This document shows positions 15,366 to 23,739 of a DNA stretch of 34,517 nt, in pieces. Under the pieces are notes generated by a model, which saw only the letters and a list, made by a program, of their open reading frames with translations, did not search any database and was not told the origin of the DNA. The stretch spans positions 1 through 34,517 of IMG/VR virus record IMGVR_UViG_3300037851_000677. One strand, given 5' to 3'. Numbering within the stretch: the stretch's first letter is position 1; each line of letters opens with the position of its first letter. This stretch comes from a virus. Its lineage: Duplodnaviria > Caudoviricetes. The translations under genes and the position numbers were made by a program.

Positions 15366-17180
15366 TCATCCGGCGTTGCCGGCGTTCGAAAGCAGGGTTG
15401 AGCGGGGGGCGGCAGGCGCGCCGAAATGCGCAGCCATGACCTTGGCGGTGCGGTATTCGGACCCCTGCGCGTAGGCCTCGGCCCAGCGGAGCCGTTCGGG
15501 ATCGACGGCCTCGCCGCGGTGGGCGGCGGCGATGAGGCCATCAGCCTCGGCGATCTTGTCCTCGACCGAACGGGCGGCAGGGGCCTTCTTCGGCGCAGCG
15601 CGCTCCTCAATCGCGGCAAGCTGCTGTGCGGTGGGCGTGGCAGGCTCGGGGCGCTCGCGGATCGAGCGGACCGTTTCCGAGGGAGCGTCAGCGACCACGC
15701 CGGGCAAGGTGACCAGCTTGCCAGCCTTTTCGGCGTCGCTACGCAGGAGCTGCTCGCGCGCGTCCTCGATCCGGAAGCGGCGTTTCTTGGCCAGCATCTC
15801 GCCGCGGGCCTGCTTCATGTGGGCTTCCTGATCGCGGCGGGCAGCGAGAGCGAACTGCTCCTCGCTCATTCCGGAGCGCAGATGGTTGACGGCGATATCG
15901 ATGAAGCGGCCCGCCTCGTCGAAGATCATCAGTTCGCCCAGCTCGTCCTCGTCGCGGCGGACCATGACGGGCTGGCCGATGAAATCGACCAGAGCGGGCG
16001 ACCAGTAGCGGCCGCGCTGCCATTCGACGCCGCGCTTGCCGACGGTGCGGGTGCCGACATGGGCCGAGAGAACGATGCGCAGTTCGTCGGCCGATGGCGC
16101 GCGGTTGCCGCCAGCGGTGGAGGACTGCCACTTGGCGAGCGGCGACATGCCGATGCCCGAATGGCGTTCCTGCAGGTAAGGCCCGTCTGCCCAGTTATCG
16201 AGCACGGTCTGTAGTTCGGCCGCGGTCATCTCGGGGACGATCAGCGGCTTGCCGGTTTCCTTGCGGGCACGCTCGCGCAGGCGCTGGGCCTCGGCAACAT
16301 TGTGGCCGCAGTACCCGGCGAGAACTTCGGCGCGCTTGCGCTGGAAGGTGCCGAAGACCCGTTCGATGTGGGGCTTTTTCTCGGGGCTGGCTGGCGGACA
16401 GGCGCGGTGCTCGATGCCGAGCAGCTCTAGCGCGCTGGTGATCGCCTTGTTGACATAGCCCGAGCCCTGGTCGGTCGCGACCTCAGCCGGGCAGGCACCC
16501 CAGGCCTGCATGGTGGAGGACAGCAGGCGGCGAACCGATTGCGCGCTTTCAGAGGGGCAGACGAGGAAGCGGACGCGGCGGGAGAAGACATCGATGACGC
16601 CAAGGATCGATTTGCGCCCTTCGATCAGCAGCACGTCGCCTGGCGTGGTGTCGAGTTCCCAGCGCTGGTTGGCATAGGTGACATCGGCATCGGCTCGGCC
16701 AAGCGACAGGCGCCGGGTGCTCTTGTAGGCATTGGGATCGCGCAGGCTCTGGAAGACGATGGCCTTGTCCGCCTCGAGCCGCGAGACGAAGCGCTGGAGG
16801 CTGCGCAGCGAAGGGACTTCGGGGAAGCTGGCTTCGATCATCTCGAGCAAGACTGCCGCGGAGAGCTTGCGCTGGGCCAGCCAGCCTGTGACAGCATCGG
16901 CGATATCGGGATTGGCGGTGAAGAAGTTGCGCCCTGCAGGACGCCCGCGCGGACGGCGGTTGGAATTGGCTGGACGGCGGGCGAGCAGATCCTCGCGCGC
17001 TTCGAGCGGCAGGGACTTGACGCAGTAGAGCCGACCGCCGCCGCGCCCCTTGCGCTCGATCCAGCGCCAGTTTTCGCGACTGGCTCGCTCATTCACCTTT
17101 CGCTTTGAGCTGGGAAGTCCGTCCAGCCCGAGGTCTGCTATCTCTTGGGCCGACAAGTAGCGCGGCACGCGGGCGTTCAT
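15366..17180 (-). CDS. DDE transposase (MuA-like)
   Basis: N-terminal Mu-type DNA-binding domain; WELDTT, IDVFSR, TDQGSGY, KPHIERVF catalytic core; Mu-type C-terminal beta domain. Confidence 0.95.
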   Translation of the reverse strand: MNARVPRYLSAQEIADLGLDGLPSSKRKVNERASRENWRWIERKGRGGGRLYCVKSLPLEAREDLLARRPANSNRRPRGRPAGRNFFTANPDIADAVTGWLAQRKLSAAVLLEMIEASFPEVPSLRSLQRFVSRLEADKAIVFQSLRDPNAYKSTRRLSLGRADADVTYANQRWELDTTPGDVLLIEGRKSILGVIDVFSRRVRFLVCPSESAQSVRRLLSSTMQAWGACPAEVATDQGSGYVNKAITSALELLGIEHRACPPASPEKKPHIERVFGTFQRKRAEVLAGYCGHNVAEAQRLRERARKETGKPLIVPEMTAAELQTVLDNWADGPYLQERHSGIGMSPLAKWQSSTAGGNRAPSADELRIVLSAHVGTRTVGKRGVEWQRGRYWSPALVDFIGQPVMVRRDEDELGELMIFDEAGRFIDIAVNHLRSGMSEEQFALAARRDQEAHMKQARGEMLAKKRRFRIEDAREQLLRSDAEKAGKLVTLPGVVADAPSETVRSIRERPEPATPTAQQLAAIEERAAPKKAPAARSVEDKIAEADGLIAAAHRGEAVDPERLRWAEAYAQGSEYRTAKVMAAHFGAPAAPRSTLLSNAGNAG

Positions 17181-17232
17181 TGGTCGCGCTCCGTGCTAGA
17201 GAGATGCGACTCGACGAAGGGAGATGCTGATG

Positions 17233-17631
17233 AGCTTGTCGAATTACAGCGAGTGGGCGGCTGCGATCGGGCAGGAGCTGGCGGAGTTGCCGTCGCTGAC
17301 CGAATGGCAGGTGATTGGAAAGTTGCTGGTCTTTCCAGAGGCCGAGCTATGGTCTGGCGCCGAACGCGAAGAGCTTTCCGAAGCGCTGACCCTTCTTGAA
17401 GCGACACCGGCGAAACGGCGCACCCTGTGGAAACGCACCGACCCCGAGCTTCGCCCGCAATTGTGGCTACTGACGGTCGATCTGGCGAAGAGAGCAGCCA
17501 AGTGCCTAGCGATTGCAGCAGACGTTTGTGACGTGGAAGGGCTGTCGTATCGTCAAGCTGTGCAAGTTGCCGCTCAAGCTTCATTGCCAGCGAGTTTGTC
17601 ACCACTGCCAATGCATCTGTGGGCGAGATAG
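17233..17631 (+). CDS. Hypothetical protein antisense to the early operon
   Basis: SD AAGGGAG ahead of ATG 17227/17233; globular-looking helical sequence; competes with a - strand ORF 17177-17701. Confidence 0.5.
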   Translation, partial: SLSNYSEWAAAIGQELAELPSLTEWQVIGKLLVFPEAELWSGAEREELSEALTLLEATPAKRRTLWKRTDPELRPQLWLLTVDLAKRAAKCLAIAADVCDVEGLSYRQAVQVAAQASLPASLSPLPMHLWAR

Positions 17632-17771
17632 CCCTGGCGACGCGGGCGACCACCACCACTGGCCAGAAGAGTCGTGGCTGATTGCGGAGGCGCAAAGTCA
17701 TCGCACGCTCCCGTGCAGAGACAGAACAAAATAGGTGCAAGACTCAGTGCAGGCTGCGTGATAGGTGACAG

Positions 17772-18065
17772 TCATGCAGCCGCTCCCGTGACATCGGGAG
17801 CCCGTTCGAAGCGGGGTTTGCGCTGATAGTTTTCGGTTGGCTGAGGGCGCTTGCGGGTGCCGTCAGCGTGGTAGCGGGAGGGCCAGATTTGACTGGCGGG
17901 CAGTTCCAGAAAGGCGGCGATGGCGCGCTCACCCCGAATGTGGGGGGTGTCGAGCGCGAGCGAGATCAGGCGGCGATCGACGCCGTGAGCGCGGCCGACC
18001 GCAGCCAGGGTCGAGCGGCGCTTCTCGATCGCAGCCTTGATATCGGAGGGGTGCCAATCGTGCAT
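17772..18065 (-). CDS. ner: Ner/Nlp-family HTH regulator
   Basis: DWHPSDIKAAIEKR..TLAA...GERAIAAFL......IWPSRY. Confidence 0.92.
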   Translation of the reverse strand: MHDWHPSDIKAAIEKRRSTLAAVGRAHGVDRRLISLALDTPHIRGERAIAAFLELPASQIWPSRYHADGTRKRPQPTENYQRKPRFERAPDVTGAAA

Positions 18066-18092
18066 CGTCAAATTCCGAATGAGTGATGCGGT

Positions 18093-18131
18093 ATTTGATA
18101 ATGCACATTCGCTATCTGTCAAGTCAGATAG
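18093..18131 (-). promoter_or_regulatory. Putative early promoter and repressor operator
   Basis: TTGACA on - at 18117-18122 with a weak -10 (TATCAA/TCAAAT); overlapped by palindrome CTATCTG-N6-CAGATAG at 18112-18131; between divergent ner and repressor. Confidence 0.6.
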
Positions 18132-18174
18132 TGACGAACGGCCAAGCTATTGGACTGCGGAGGCGCGTGAACGC

Positions 18175-18783
18175 ATGCGCGCTGCAATCAGCTTCGTTGG
18201 AACGCAGGCAGAGGTGGCTCGACTGGCGAGCATGTCACCATCCCATTTGAGCGCGCTGCTCAAGCGAGAGGGCGACCCGGGGGTCTCGAAACTGGCTGAG
18301 TTGGCCCGGATTGGTAATGTTTCGCTCGATTGGGTTCTTTCTGGGAAGCGCCAAGGTGAGGCTAGGTCAGGCGCAGACGACACGATCCCCATTCGCGTGC
18401 TGGATCTCGCCTATGGCATGGGCGGGGCCTTTATCGACGAGCACGCCGAGGAGCAGATCGAGTTCTTCCCCAAGCGCATGATTGCCGCCTTCACCAAGGC
18501 TCCGGCCGAGAAGCTGCGGGTGGTCAAGGGGATCGGCGACAGCATGATGCCGACGATCAGCGACGGGGACCTGGTGTTCATCGACCTGTCGCAGGACACA
18601 GTCCGGATGAACGACCGGGTGTGGGCGCTGGCCACCGGCGAGATCGGGATGATCAAGCGGCTGCGGGTGGCGGGCGGCGAGCTGCACGCGATATCGGACA
18701 ACCCGGTGGTGTCGGATTATGTCCTGGCCGAAGACGACTACCGGATCGTCGGGCGGGTGGTGGCGTGCCTCAAGAGCCTGTGA
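18175..18783 (+). CDS. Prophage repressor: XRE HTH + S24 autopeptidase
   Basis: TQAEVARLASMS HTH, VSLDWV, GDSMMPTI (Ser), IKRL (Lys); start codon uncertain. Confidence 0.92.
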   Translation: MRAAISFVGTQAEVARLASMSPSHLSALLKREGDPGVSKLAELARIGNVSLDWVLSGKRQGEARSGADDTIPIRVLDLAYGMGGAFIDEHAEEQIEFFPKRMIAAFTKAPAEKLRVVKGIGDSMMPTISDGDLVFIDLSQDTVRMNDRVWALATGEIGMIKRLRVAGGELHAISDNPVVSDYVLAEDDYRIVGRVVACLKSL

Positions 18784-18849
18784 GCCTTTTCGATAACTTC
18801 CAATTCTTTTGTCCGCCTGCTATCTGCAATGGCCAAAGGGATTGTATCT

Positions 18850-19446
18850 ATGAGCACGTTTCTAGCTGTACTTCTGCTGACAAGCGGATCTCCTACTAGT
18901 TATCCCGGATGCATCGAGCGCGACGGAGACGAGCTATCCCCAACCATCATGTGGAATAGCTATAGCTGTGAGAGTGGAAGTATTCGCGTCGACGGCTCGA
19001 TCCCTGCAAAGTACGCTACTCTAACGATCTCGCCCTATGCAGCGCACCGAGTGACTGACGATCGGCGTGAAGCCGGGCTGGTGCTAGATCTTAAGTTTGA
19101 AGCACGGAGTGGTTTCGCGCTCTGGCCGAACCTCGAAAGTGCTTCAATTGCCGTTGCAGGGAAGCCCGAGGAGCTTCGGGCGGCGCCTATCGACACAAAA
19201 CGTACCTGTGGCAGATATATGTGCAGTCACCGTATCCAGGCGCAGGTTACGTTCACCCCAGCGGCTCTCGCCGAAATCAGGATGAAATTCGCGTCCTCGC
19301 CAGAGGGCGCAGTTGCGATGCGCTTCTTCTACAAGGAGATCGGTAGCTTTACTTACGAAATCCCGACACGCGAGATCATCGCAGTGGTTGAAGCATCAGC
19401 GCTGTTCGAACATGATGTCGGCGATCCTCCCAACAGCGATGGCTAA
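18850..19446 (+). CDS. Hypothetical exported protein (accessory)
   Basis: Hydrophobic N-terminus, several Cys, visibly more AT-rich codons; start 18829 or 18850. Confidence 0.7.
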   Translation: MSTFLAVLLLTSGSPTSYPGCIERDGDELSPTIMWNSYSCESGSIRVDGSIPAKYATLTISPYAAHRVTDDRREAGLVLDLKFEARSGFALWPNLESASIAVAGKPEELRAAPIDTKRTCGRYMCSHRIQAQVTFTPAALAEIRMKFASSPEGAVAMRFFYKEIGSFTYEIPTREIIAVVEASALFEHDVGDPPNSDG

Positions 19447-19534
19447 GCTGCCGACCAGGACCGAAATCGAGTTCGCACTTCTGCTCGTGCTGATCTTGCT
19501 CGGTCCCGTCAGCGCGATCTTGGCGCTGGCCTAG
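19439..19534 (+). CDS. Small membrane peptide (31 aa)
   Basis: MAKLPTRTEIEFALLLVLILLGPVSAILALA; overlaps both neighbours. Confidence 0.45.
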   Translation: MAKLPTRTEIEFALLLVLILLGPVSAILALA

Positions 19535-19872
19535 TGCTGTTGGCCGCGGCTGCCTTCGTCTGCCTCTCCGCCTCGATCGTTGACGGCGACACGCTCCGCT
19601 GCGCGAATGTCGAAGATGCGAACGGCCGAGTCAGGTTGGCCCGGATCGATACGCCAGAGCGCGGTGAGGCCGGCTTCAACGAAGCGAGCGCGGCGCTGGC
19701 GGCGATGATCGCAGGACGCGAAGTGACCTGCGAGCTGGTCGATGCCGAACCTGGCACAGCAGGCTTCCAGCGCCGCGATCGCTACGGTCGGCCGGTTGCC
19801 CGCTGCCGGACCAGTGAAGGAGATCTGGGCGAGCGCATGGTTCAGTCCAATCTGGCGATTCGCTGGCCCTAA
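19534..19872 (+). CDS. Thermonuclease (SNase-like) family protein
   Basis: IVDGDTL, RVRLARIDTPE, DRYGR; hydrophobic N-terminus. Confidence 0.88.
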   Translation: MLLAAAAFVCLSASIVDGDTLRCANVEDANGRVRLARIDTPERGEAGFNEASAALAAMIAGREVTCELVDAEPGTAGFQRRDRYGRPVARCRTSEGDLGERMVQSNLAIRWP

Positions 19873-20069
19873 GCACCGCACCCCCGAAATTTGCCCCAGG
19901 ATTGATTACAGCATCATTTGGCCCCTCAGGGTGCCAGAAGGTGATTTCGTTGCCGTAAGACCCCTGTGCATCCATGCACAGGCATGCCGGGGCATGGTTC
20001 GGATGTTGGCGCAGGGACGGGATCGGAAGTGGCGGCCTGCGAGCCGCATTTAGGAGTTTTACCCAACAA

Positions 20070-20126
20070 GGTTAAATTTTCGTTTGCGCCCTTAACCTCG
20101 CGCGGTTAAATCGGGCGGGCTTAACC
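20070..20126. promoter_or_regulatory. Four alternating GGTTAA/TTAACC half-sites upstream of the XRE gene (putative operator)
   Basis: 20070-20075, 20092-20097, 20104-20109, 20121-20126. Confidence 0.55.
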
Positions 20127-20141
20127 CGCAACCGATGGAGA

Positions 20142-20546
20142 GTGGAGATGACGGAGATGACGAAAGGAGGCAGGCGGACTGGAGCGACCAATCTGACGCC
20201 TTTCGGTCAGAAATGTCGCGAGATCAGGAAAGAGCTGGGGCTACTCCTGTTCGACATGGCTGATGCGGCGAAGGTGTCAGCCGGGTTTTTCAGCATGGTC
20301 GAGACGGGGCGGAAACCGATCCCCGAAGGGCTGGTGGGCAAGATCGTCACTGGCCTCAACCTTCCCCAGCGCAAGGCCCAGGAACTGCAGAATGCAGCGG
20401 CGCTGTCGGCCAAGGAGTACCGTCTTTCGATCAGCAAGAACCCCGACCCGCTGGAGCGGACCCTGGCGTTCAAGCTGCAGGATCAGTTTGCGAAGATGAC
20501 TCCGATCAAGCGGCAGATGATCATCGACGTACTGGAAGAGGATTGA
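20142..20546 (+). CDS. XRE-family HTH regulator
   Basis: LTPFGQKCREIR...DMADAAKVSAGFFSMVETGRKPIP; start may be 20148 or 20157. Confidence 0.9.
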   Translation: MEMTEMTKGGRRTGATNLTPFGQKCREIRKELGLLLFDMADAAKVSAGFFSMVETGRKPIPEGLVGKIVTGLNLPQRKAQELQNAAALSAKEYRLSISKNPDPLERTLAFKLQDQFAKMTPIKRQMIIDVLEED

Positions 20547-20550
20547 GACT

Positions 20551-21090
20551 ATGGAGGGGGAATTCAGGGCGGTCGAACCGATGAACGAAAACCAGATCGA
20601 GCGCGATGTATCGCTGTTCAAGCAGATCCTTGGTGTCGAGGGAGCCGCCCGGGTTTCCCTGATCCGTCTTCTCGAAATGCTCGACGAGTGGATCGATGGT
20701 TACGTCTTCACTGTCTTGCCGGATGACAAGATGCCTGGCCTCGACGGTTACACCGGCCTCGATCACTACGAAATCTGCCTGAGCGAGACGACGTATTGTG
20801 CGCTCAGGGAGGGGGACAGCGCTGCGAGGCACACGGCGGCGCATGAGATCGGCCATCTGATGCTGCACAGCAAAATGCCCACGGCATATGCCCGCCGATC
20901 TTCCTATCAGCGCCATGTCGATCCCGAATGGCAGGCTGACCACTACGCCGATGTTTTCCTGATGCCAGCCGAAGGCGTGAAGGAGTGTCAGTCCGCCGAG
21001 GAGGTGGCAGAACGCTTCTCGGTGCCGCTGGCGCGGGCAGAGATCCGGTTCGAAGAGGTAACGAAAATTCAGGGGGAGCTCTTCGCATGA
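20551..21090 (+). CDS. ImmA/IrrE-family metallo-endopeptidase
   Basis: RHTAAHEIGHLMLH (HExxH), EWQADHYA..FLMP, AERFSV. Confidence 0.92.
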   Translation: MEGEFRAVEPMNENQIERDVSLFKQILGVEGAARVSLIRLLEMLDEWIDGYVFTVLPDDKMPGLDGYTGLDHYEICLSETTYCALREGDSAARHTAAHEIGHLMLHSKMPTAYARRSSYQRHVDPEWQADHYADVFLMPAEGVKECQSAEEVAERFSVPLARAEIRFEEVTKIQGELFA

Positions 21091-21229
21091 ACAGCCCCCC
21101 CTGATCTCTCGCACAGAACGTGGCCCCTGTGACGGGTGCGCGATCCGCAACGAGGTTGTGCAATCCGTGTATTACACGGAAATCTCGCGGACGCAAAGTT
21201 TGTCGGGCCACCCTCGAAAGAGGTGTACC

Positions 21230-21355
21230 ATGACGGTTCATGACGTTCCCCCTGGGAAGCGCGTGATCTGGCGACCGTACATCACCTGCAAGGGCAAGCG
21301 CATCTATGCGAAGAACTACGGCATTCGCGCGTTTCCCATCCTGGTGGACGAGTAG
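21230..21355 (+). CDS. Small basic protein (41 aa)
   Basis: MTVHDVPPGKRVIWRPYITCKGKRIYAKNYGIRAFPILVDE; SD GAGG; followed by a hairpin. Confidence 0.7.
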   Translation: MTVHDVPPGKRVIWRPYITCKGKRIYAKNYGIRAFPILVDE

Positions 21356-21363
21356 TCAGATCC

Positions 21364-21397
21364 TCTCCGGCCTGCGGTTTGCCCTGCAGGCCGGAGA
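21364..21397 (+). terminator. 12-bp stem-loop after micro-ORF 1
   Basis: TCTCCGGCCTGC / GCAGGCCGGAGA; no strong U tract. Confidence 0.45.
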
Positions 21398-21446
21398 CCT
21401 TCCCCGGAAGTCATGGGCAGAGTGGTTTTCGATGAAAGGAAGCACG

Positions 21447-21581
21447 ATGTCGAAGGCTAAAACTCCGACCCAGGTGTCCCACCGCAGCTCGCGGTCGGGT
21501 CGCTTCGTGACCGAGCGCTACGCGAACTCGCATCCCGCGACGACCGAGCGTGAACGCATCAAGCACCCCGAACGCAGGTAG
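21447..21581 (+). CDS. Small basic protein (44 aa)
   Basis: MSKAK...RSSRSGRFVTERYANSHPATTERERI; SD AAGGA. Confidence 0.7.
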   Translation: MSKAKTPTQVSHRSSRSGRFVTERYANSHPATTERERIKHPERR

Positions 21582-21611
21582 CCAACCCGTGTCCGTGGGG
21601 ACTTAACTGTG

Positions 21612-21642
21612 GAGGCGGCCGCAGCAATGCGGCCGCCTCTTT
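21612..21642 (+). terminator. Intrinsic terminator between convergent genes
   Basis: GAGGCGGCCGC-N6-GCGGCCGCCTC followed by TTT. Confidence 0.65.
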
Positions 21643-21652
21643 CGTTGTCCGG

Positions 21653-22093
21653 TCAGTCGTCAGCCAGGATTGCCTCAGGCAGGTCGAAGACAGCCCAGGG
21701 GGCCTTGCCGGCAGCTACCGAGACCTTGATGCCGGTGACGGTGACCGGCGCGAAGTCGAGGGCGAACAGTCCCTCGGCGGTCCGGGCGTTGATCGACAGG
21801 CCATAGCATCCGCTCCTGTCGCGCTTGGCCGGAAATGTGCCCGCCGAGAAATCGACGCCTAGCCGCATCTTCCCCATGTCGGACCCCGAACCGAACGCCA
21901 GTGCCAGGGCGGTATCCTCGCCGACGATGGCCAGCTCCTTGGCCAGGGCCTTGCCGATCTGGAGACGCAGATAGCTGGTGGAGCCGCTACCATCGCGCTT
22001 GCCGACCTGGCGGGCAGTGAAGCGGATGCCGTCGTCGGGCACACGCGGTGCAGCGGGCGCGGCGGAGACATTCTCTAGCAGTTCGAAAGGCAT
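21653..22093 (-). CDS. Hypothetical protein divergent from the head operon
   Basis: Strong SD GGAGG; 146 aa. Confidence 0.75.
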   Translation of the reverse strand: MPFELLENVSAAPAAPRVPDDGIRFTARQVGKRDGSGSTSYLRLQIGKALAKELAIVGEDTALALAFGSGSDMGKMRLGVDFSAGTFPAKRDRSGCYGLSINARTAEGLFALDFAPVTVTGIKVSVAAGKAPWAVFDLPEAILADD

Positions 22094-22198
22094 GATTTTT
22101 CCTCCAGTTGACCGGGAGTGCCGGAATTGCCGGAGCGAGCTTGGCGCTTTACCTTGCGCGGGTTTCCGGCCTACCTGGCCCTGCCACCGCCCGTTTGC

Positions 22199-22228
22199 GG
22201 GGGGGGGGGGTAAGGACGCTCACCCCCC
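22199..22228 (+). promoter_or_regulatory. G12 tract plus GGGGTAAG-N4-CTCACCCC box upstream of the rightward late operon
   Basis: G run 22199-22210; box 22207-22226 has the same arms as the - strand box at 9578-9597. Confidence 0.6.
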
Positions 22229-22261
22229 GGCCCCGTTCCCGAGCGGATTAGGGCTGGCGGC

Positions 22262-23266
22262 ATGGATCAGAAACCTGCCATCCGCATCCTCAAGCCGGGC
22301 ACCTTCACGTCAGTGGAGGGCAAGCAGATCACGTTCGGCGCGAAGGAACTGCAGGCGATCGCCGAAGGCTATGACCCGGCAAGCGATCCCGCGCCGCTGG
22401 TGATCGGTCACCCCAAGCTCGACGATCCCGCCTGGGGCTGGGTCGGCTCACTCAAGGTCGAAAACGGCGAGCTCATCGCGCACCCCGATACGATCGAGGC
22501 GGGCTTCGCCGAACGGGTACGCAAGGGCGACTATCGCAAGGTCTCGGCCCAGCTCTACGAGCCCAACAACCCGCACAATCCGAAACCCGGCTCCTTCTAC
22601 CTGAAGCACATCGGCTTCCTGGGAGCGCATGCCCCCGGCGTGAAGGGGCTTGGCACCGTCCAGTTCGCCGAGGGCGGCGAGGACACCACCGTTACCATCC
22701 ACACAGATCCGGAGGACGATATGGCTACCGAGCCGAAGAAGAAGACCGACGCCGATTCCACTGCCGACCCCGCTGCCACCGAAGCGAGCTTCGCCGAACG
22801 TGCGGCCGCGCTCGATGCGCGCGAGACGCAGATCAAGGAGCGCGAGGAAGCCCAGGCCAAGGCGGCGGCAGATGCGCGCCATGCCGGCAACCTGAGCTTT
22901 GCCGAGAGCCTGGTGAAGGAAGCCAAGCTAGCCCCGGCCGGGCGCGACCTGCTGGTCGGCGTGCTCGACCAGCTCGGCGAGCTTGGCACCGAAGCGACTG
23001 TCAGTTTCGGCGAGGGTCAGTCGATCCGCCCCGATGCTGCGCTCAAGAAGCTGCTCGAGGACGCCACGCCGCTGGTGTCGCTGGGCGAGGCAGCCAAGAA
23101 GCAGCCGAAGGAAGGCGAAGGCGGGACCGCCAGTTTTGCCGCGCCGGCCGGCTACTCGGTCGATCCCGCCCAGGCGGCGCTTCATGCCGAAGCGAGCAAG
23201 ATCCGCAGCGCCAACCCGGCGCGGCCGTGGATGGACTGCGTCCGTGAGGCGCAGGCCGCCCTGTAA
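22262..23266 (+). CDS. Prohead protease/scaffold (Mu gpI-like)
   Basis: APLVIGHP..DDPAWGWV, YRKVSA, YLKHIGFLGA..PGVKGL; helical C-terminal half. Confidence 0.9.
   Translation: MDQKPAIRILKPGTFTSVEGKQITFGAKELQAIAEGYDPASDPAPLVIGHPKLDDPAWGWVGSLKVENGELIAHPDTIEAGFAERVRKGDYRKVSAQLYEPNNPHNPKPGSFYLKHIGFLGAHAPGVKGLGTVQFAEGGEDTTVTIHTDPEDDMATEPKKKTDADSTADPAATEASFAERAAALDARETQIKEREEAQAKAAADARHAGNLSFAESLVKEAKLAPAGRDLLVGVLDQLGELGTEATVSFGEGQSIRPDAALKKLLEDATPLVSLGEAAKKQPKEGEGGTASFAAPAGYSVDPAQAALHAEASKIRSANPARPWMDCVREAQAAL
22721..23266 (+). CDS. Internal in-frame scaffold protein (Mu gpZ-like)
   Basis: SD GGAGG at 22711-22715 before in-frame ATG 22721, just after the protease domain. Confidence 0.55.
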   Translation: MATEPKKKTDADSTADPAATEASFAERAAALDARETQIKEREEAQAKAAADARHAGNLSFAESLVKEAKLAPAGRDLLVGVLDQLGELGTEATVSFGEGQSIRPDAALKKLLEDATPLVSLGEAAKKQPKEGEGGTASFAAPAGYSVDPAQAALHAEASKIRSANPARPWMDCVREAQAAL

Positions 23267-23313
23267 GCCTGACCCGCCCGCCCTTTTCTCTCGAACACCA
23301 GGAGTAGACCATC

Positions 23314-23643
23314 ATGCCCCATACCCCGATCCTTGCTCTGACGAGCATCGCCACCGCCGCCGTGCTTGGCAACACCTTTGTCGGCTTCGGCGGAGCCACT
23401 GCTGCGGCCGCAGCCAAGCCGCTGGGCATCGCCGACTATGACGCTGTGATTGGCGGCGCCTTCGCCGTTACCGTGCTGGGCACCCAGCGGGTGGTCGCAG
23501 GCGGCGCTTTCGCCAAGGGTGCGAGCCTGCAGGTCGCGGCGGATGGCAAGGCCGTCGTCCTGGCGGCCGGCGTCAAGGCCGCGGTCGCGCTGGAGGACAG
23601 CGCCGGCGACGGTTCGATCGTCACCGTCCTGCTCACCCCCTGA
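23314..23643 (+). CDS. Capsid cement/decoration protein (DUF2190-like)
   Basis: Small Ala/Gly/Val-rich protein between protease and major capsid gene. Confidence 0.8.
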   Translation: MPHTPILALTSIATAAVLGNTFVGFGGATAAAAAKPLGIADYDAVIGGAFAVTVLGTQRVVAGGAFAKGASLQVAADGKAVVLAAGVKAAVALEDSAGDGSIVTVLLTP

Positions 23644-23739
23644 TCGTCGATCAGGAACCGGGGGGTGCGGCGTGCCCCCAGACCAGCGCGCCGCACCTGC
23701 CCGTCACCCAAGTTTCAAGCCAGATGAAGGACACCTGAA

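Noticed and set aside
20070-20126. Canonical CtrA box
   Set aside because: TTAA spacings are 16, 10 and 11 nt rather than 7; an XRE operator is more parsimonious.
23664-23697. Riboswitch-like element upstream of the capsid gene
   Set aside because: Only one 12-bp GC-rich stem with a possible alternative G5/C5 pairing; not enough to call.
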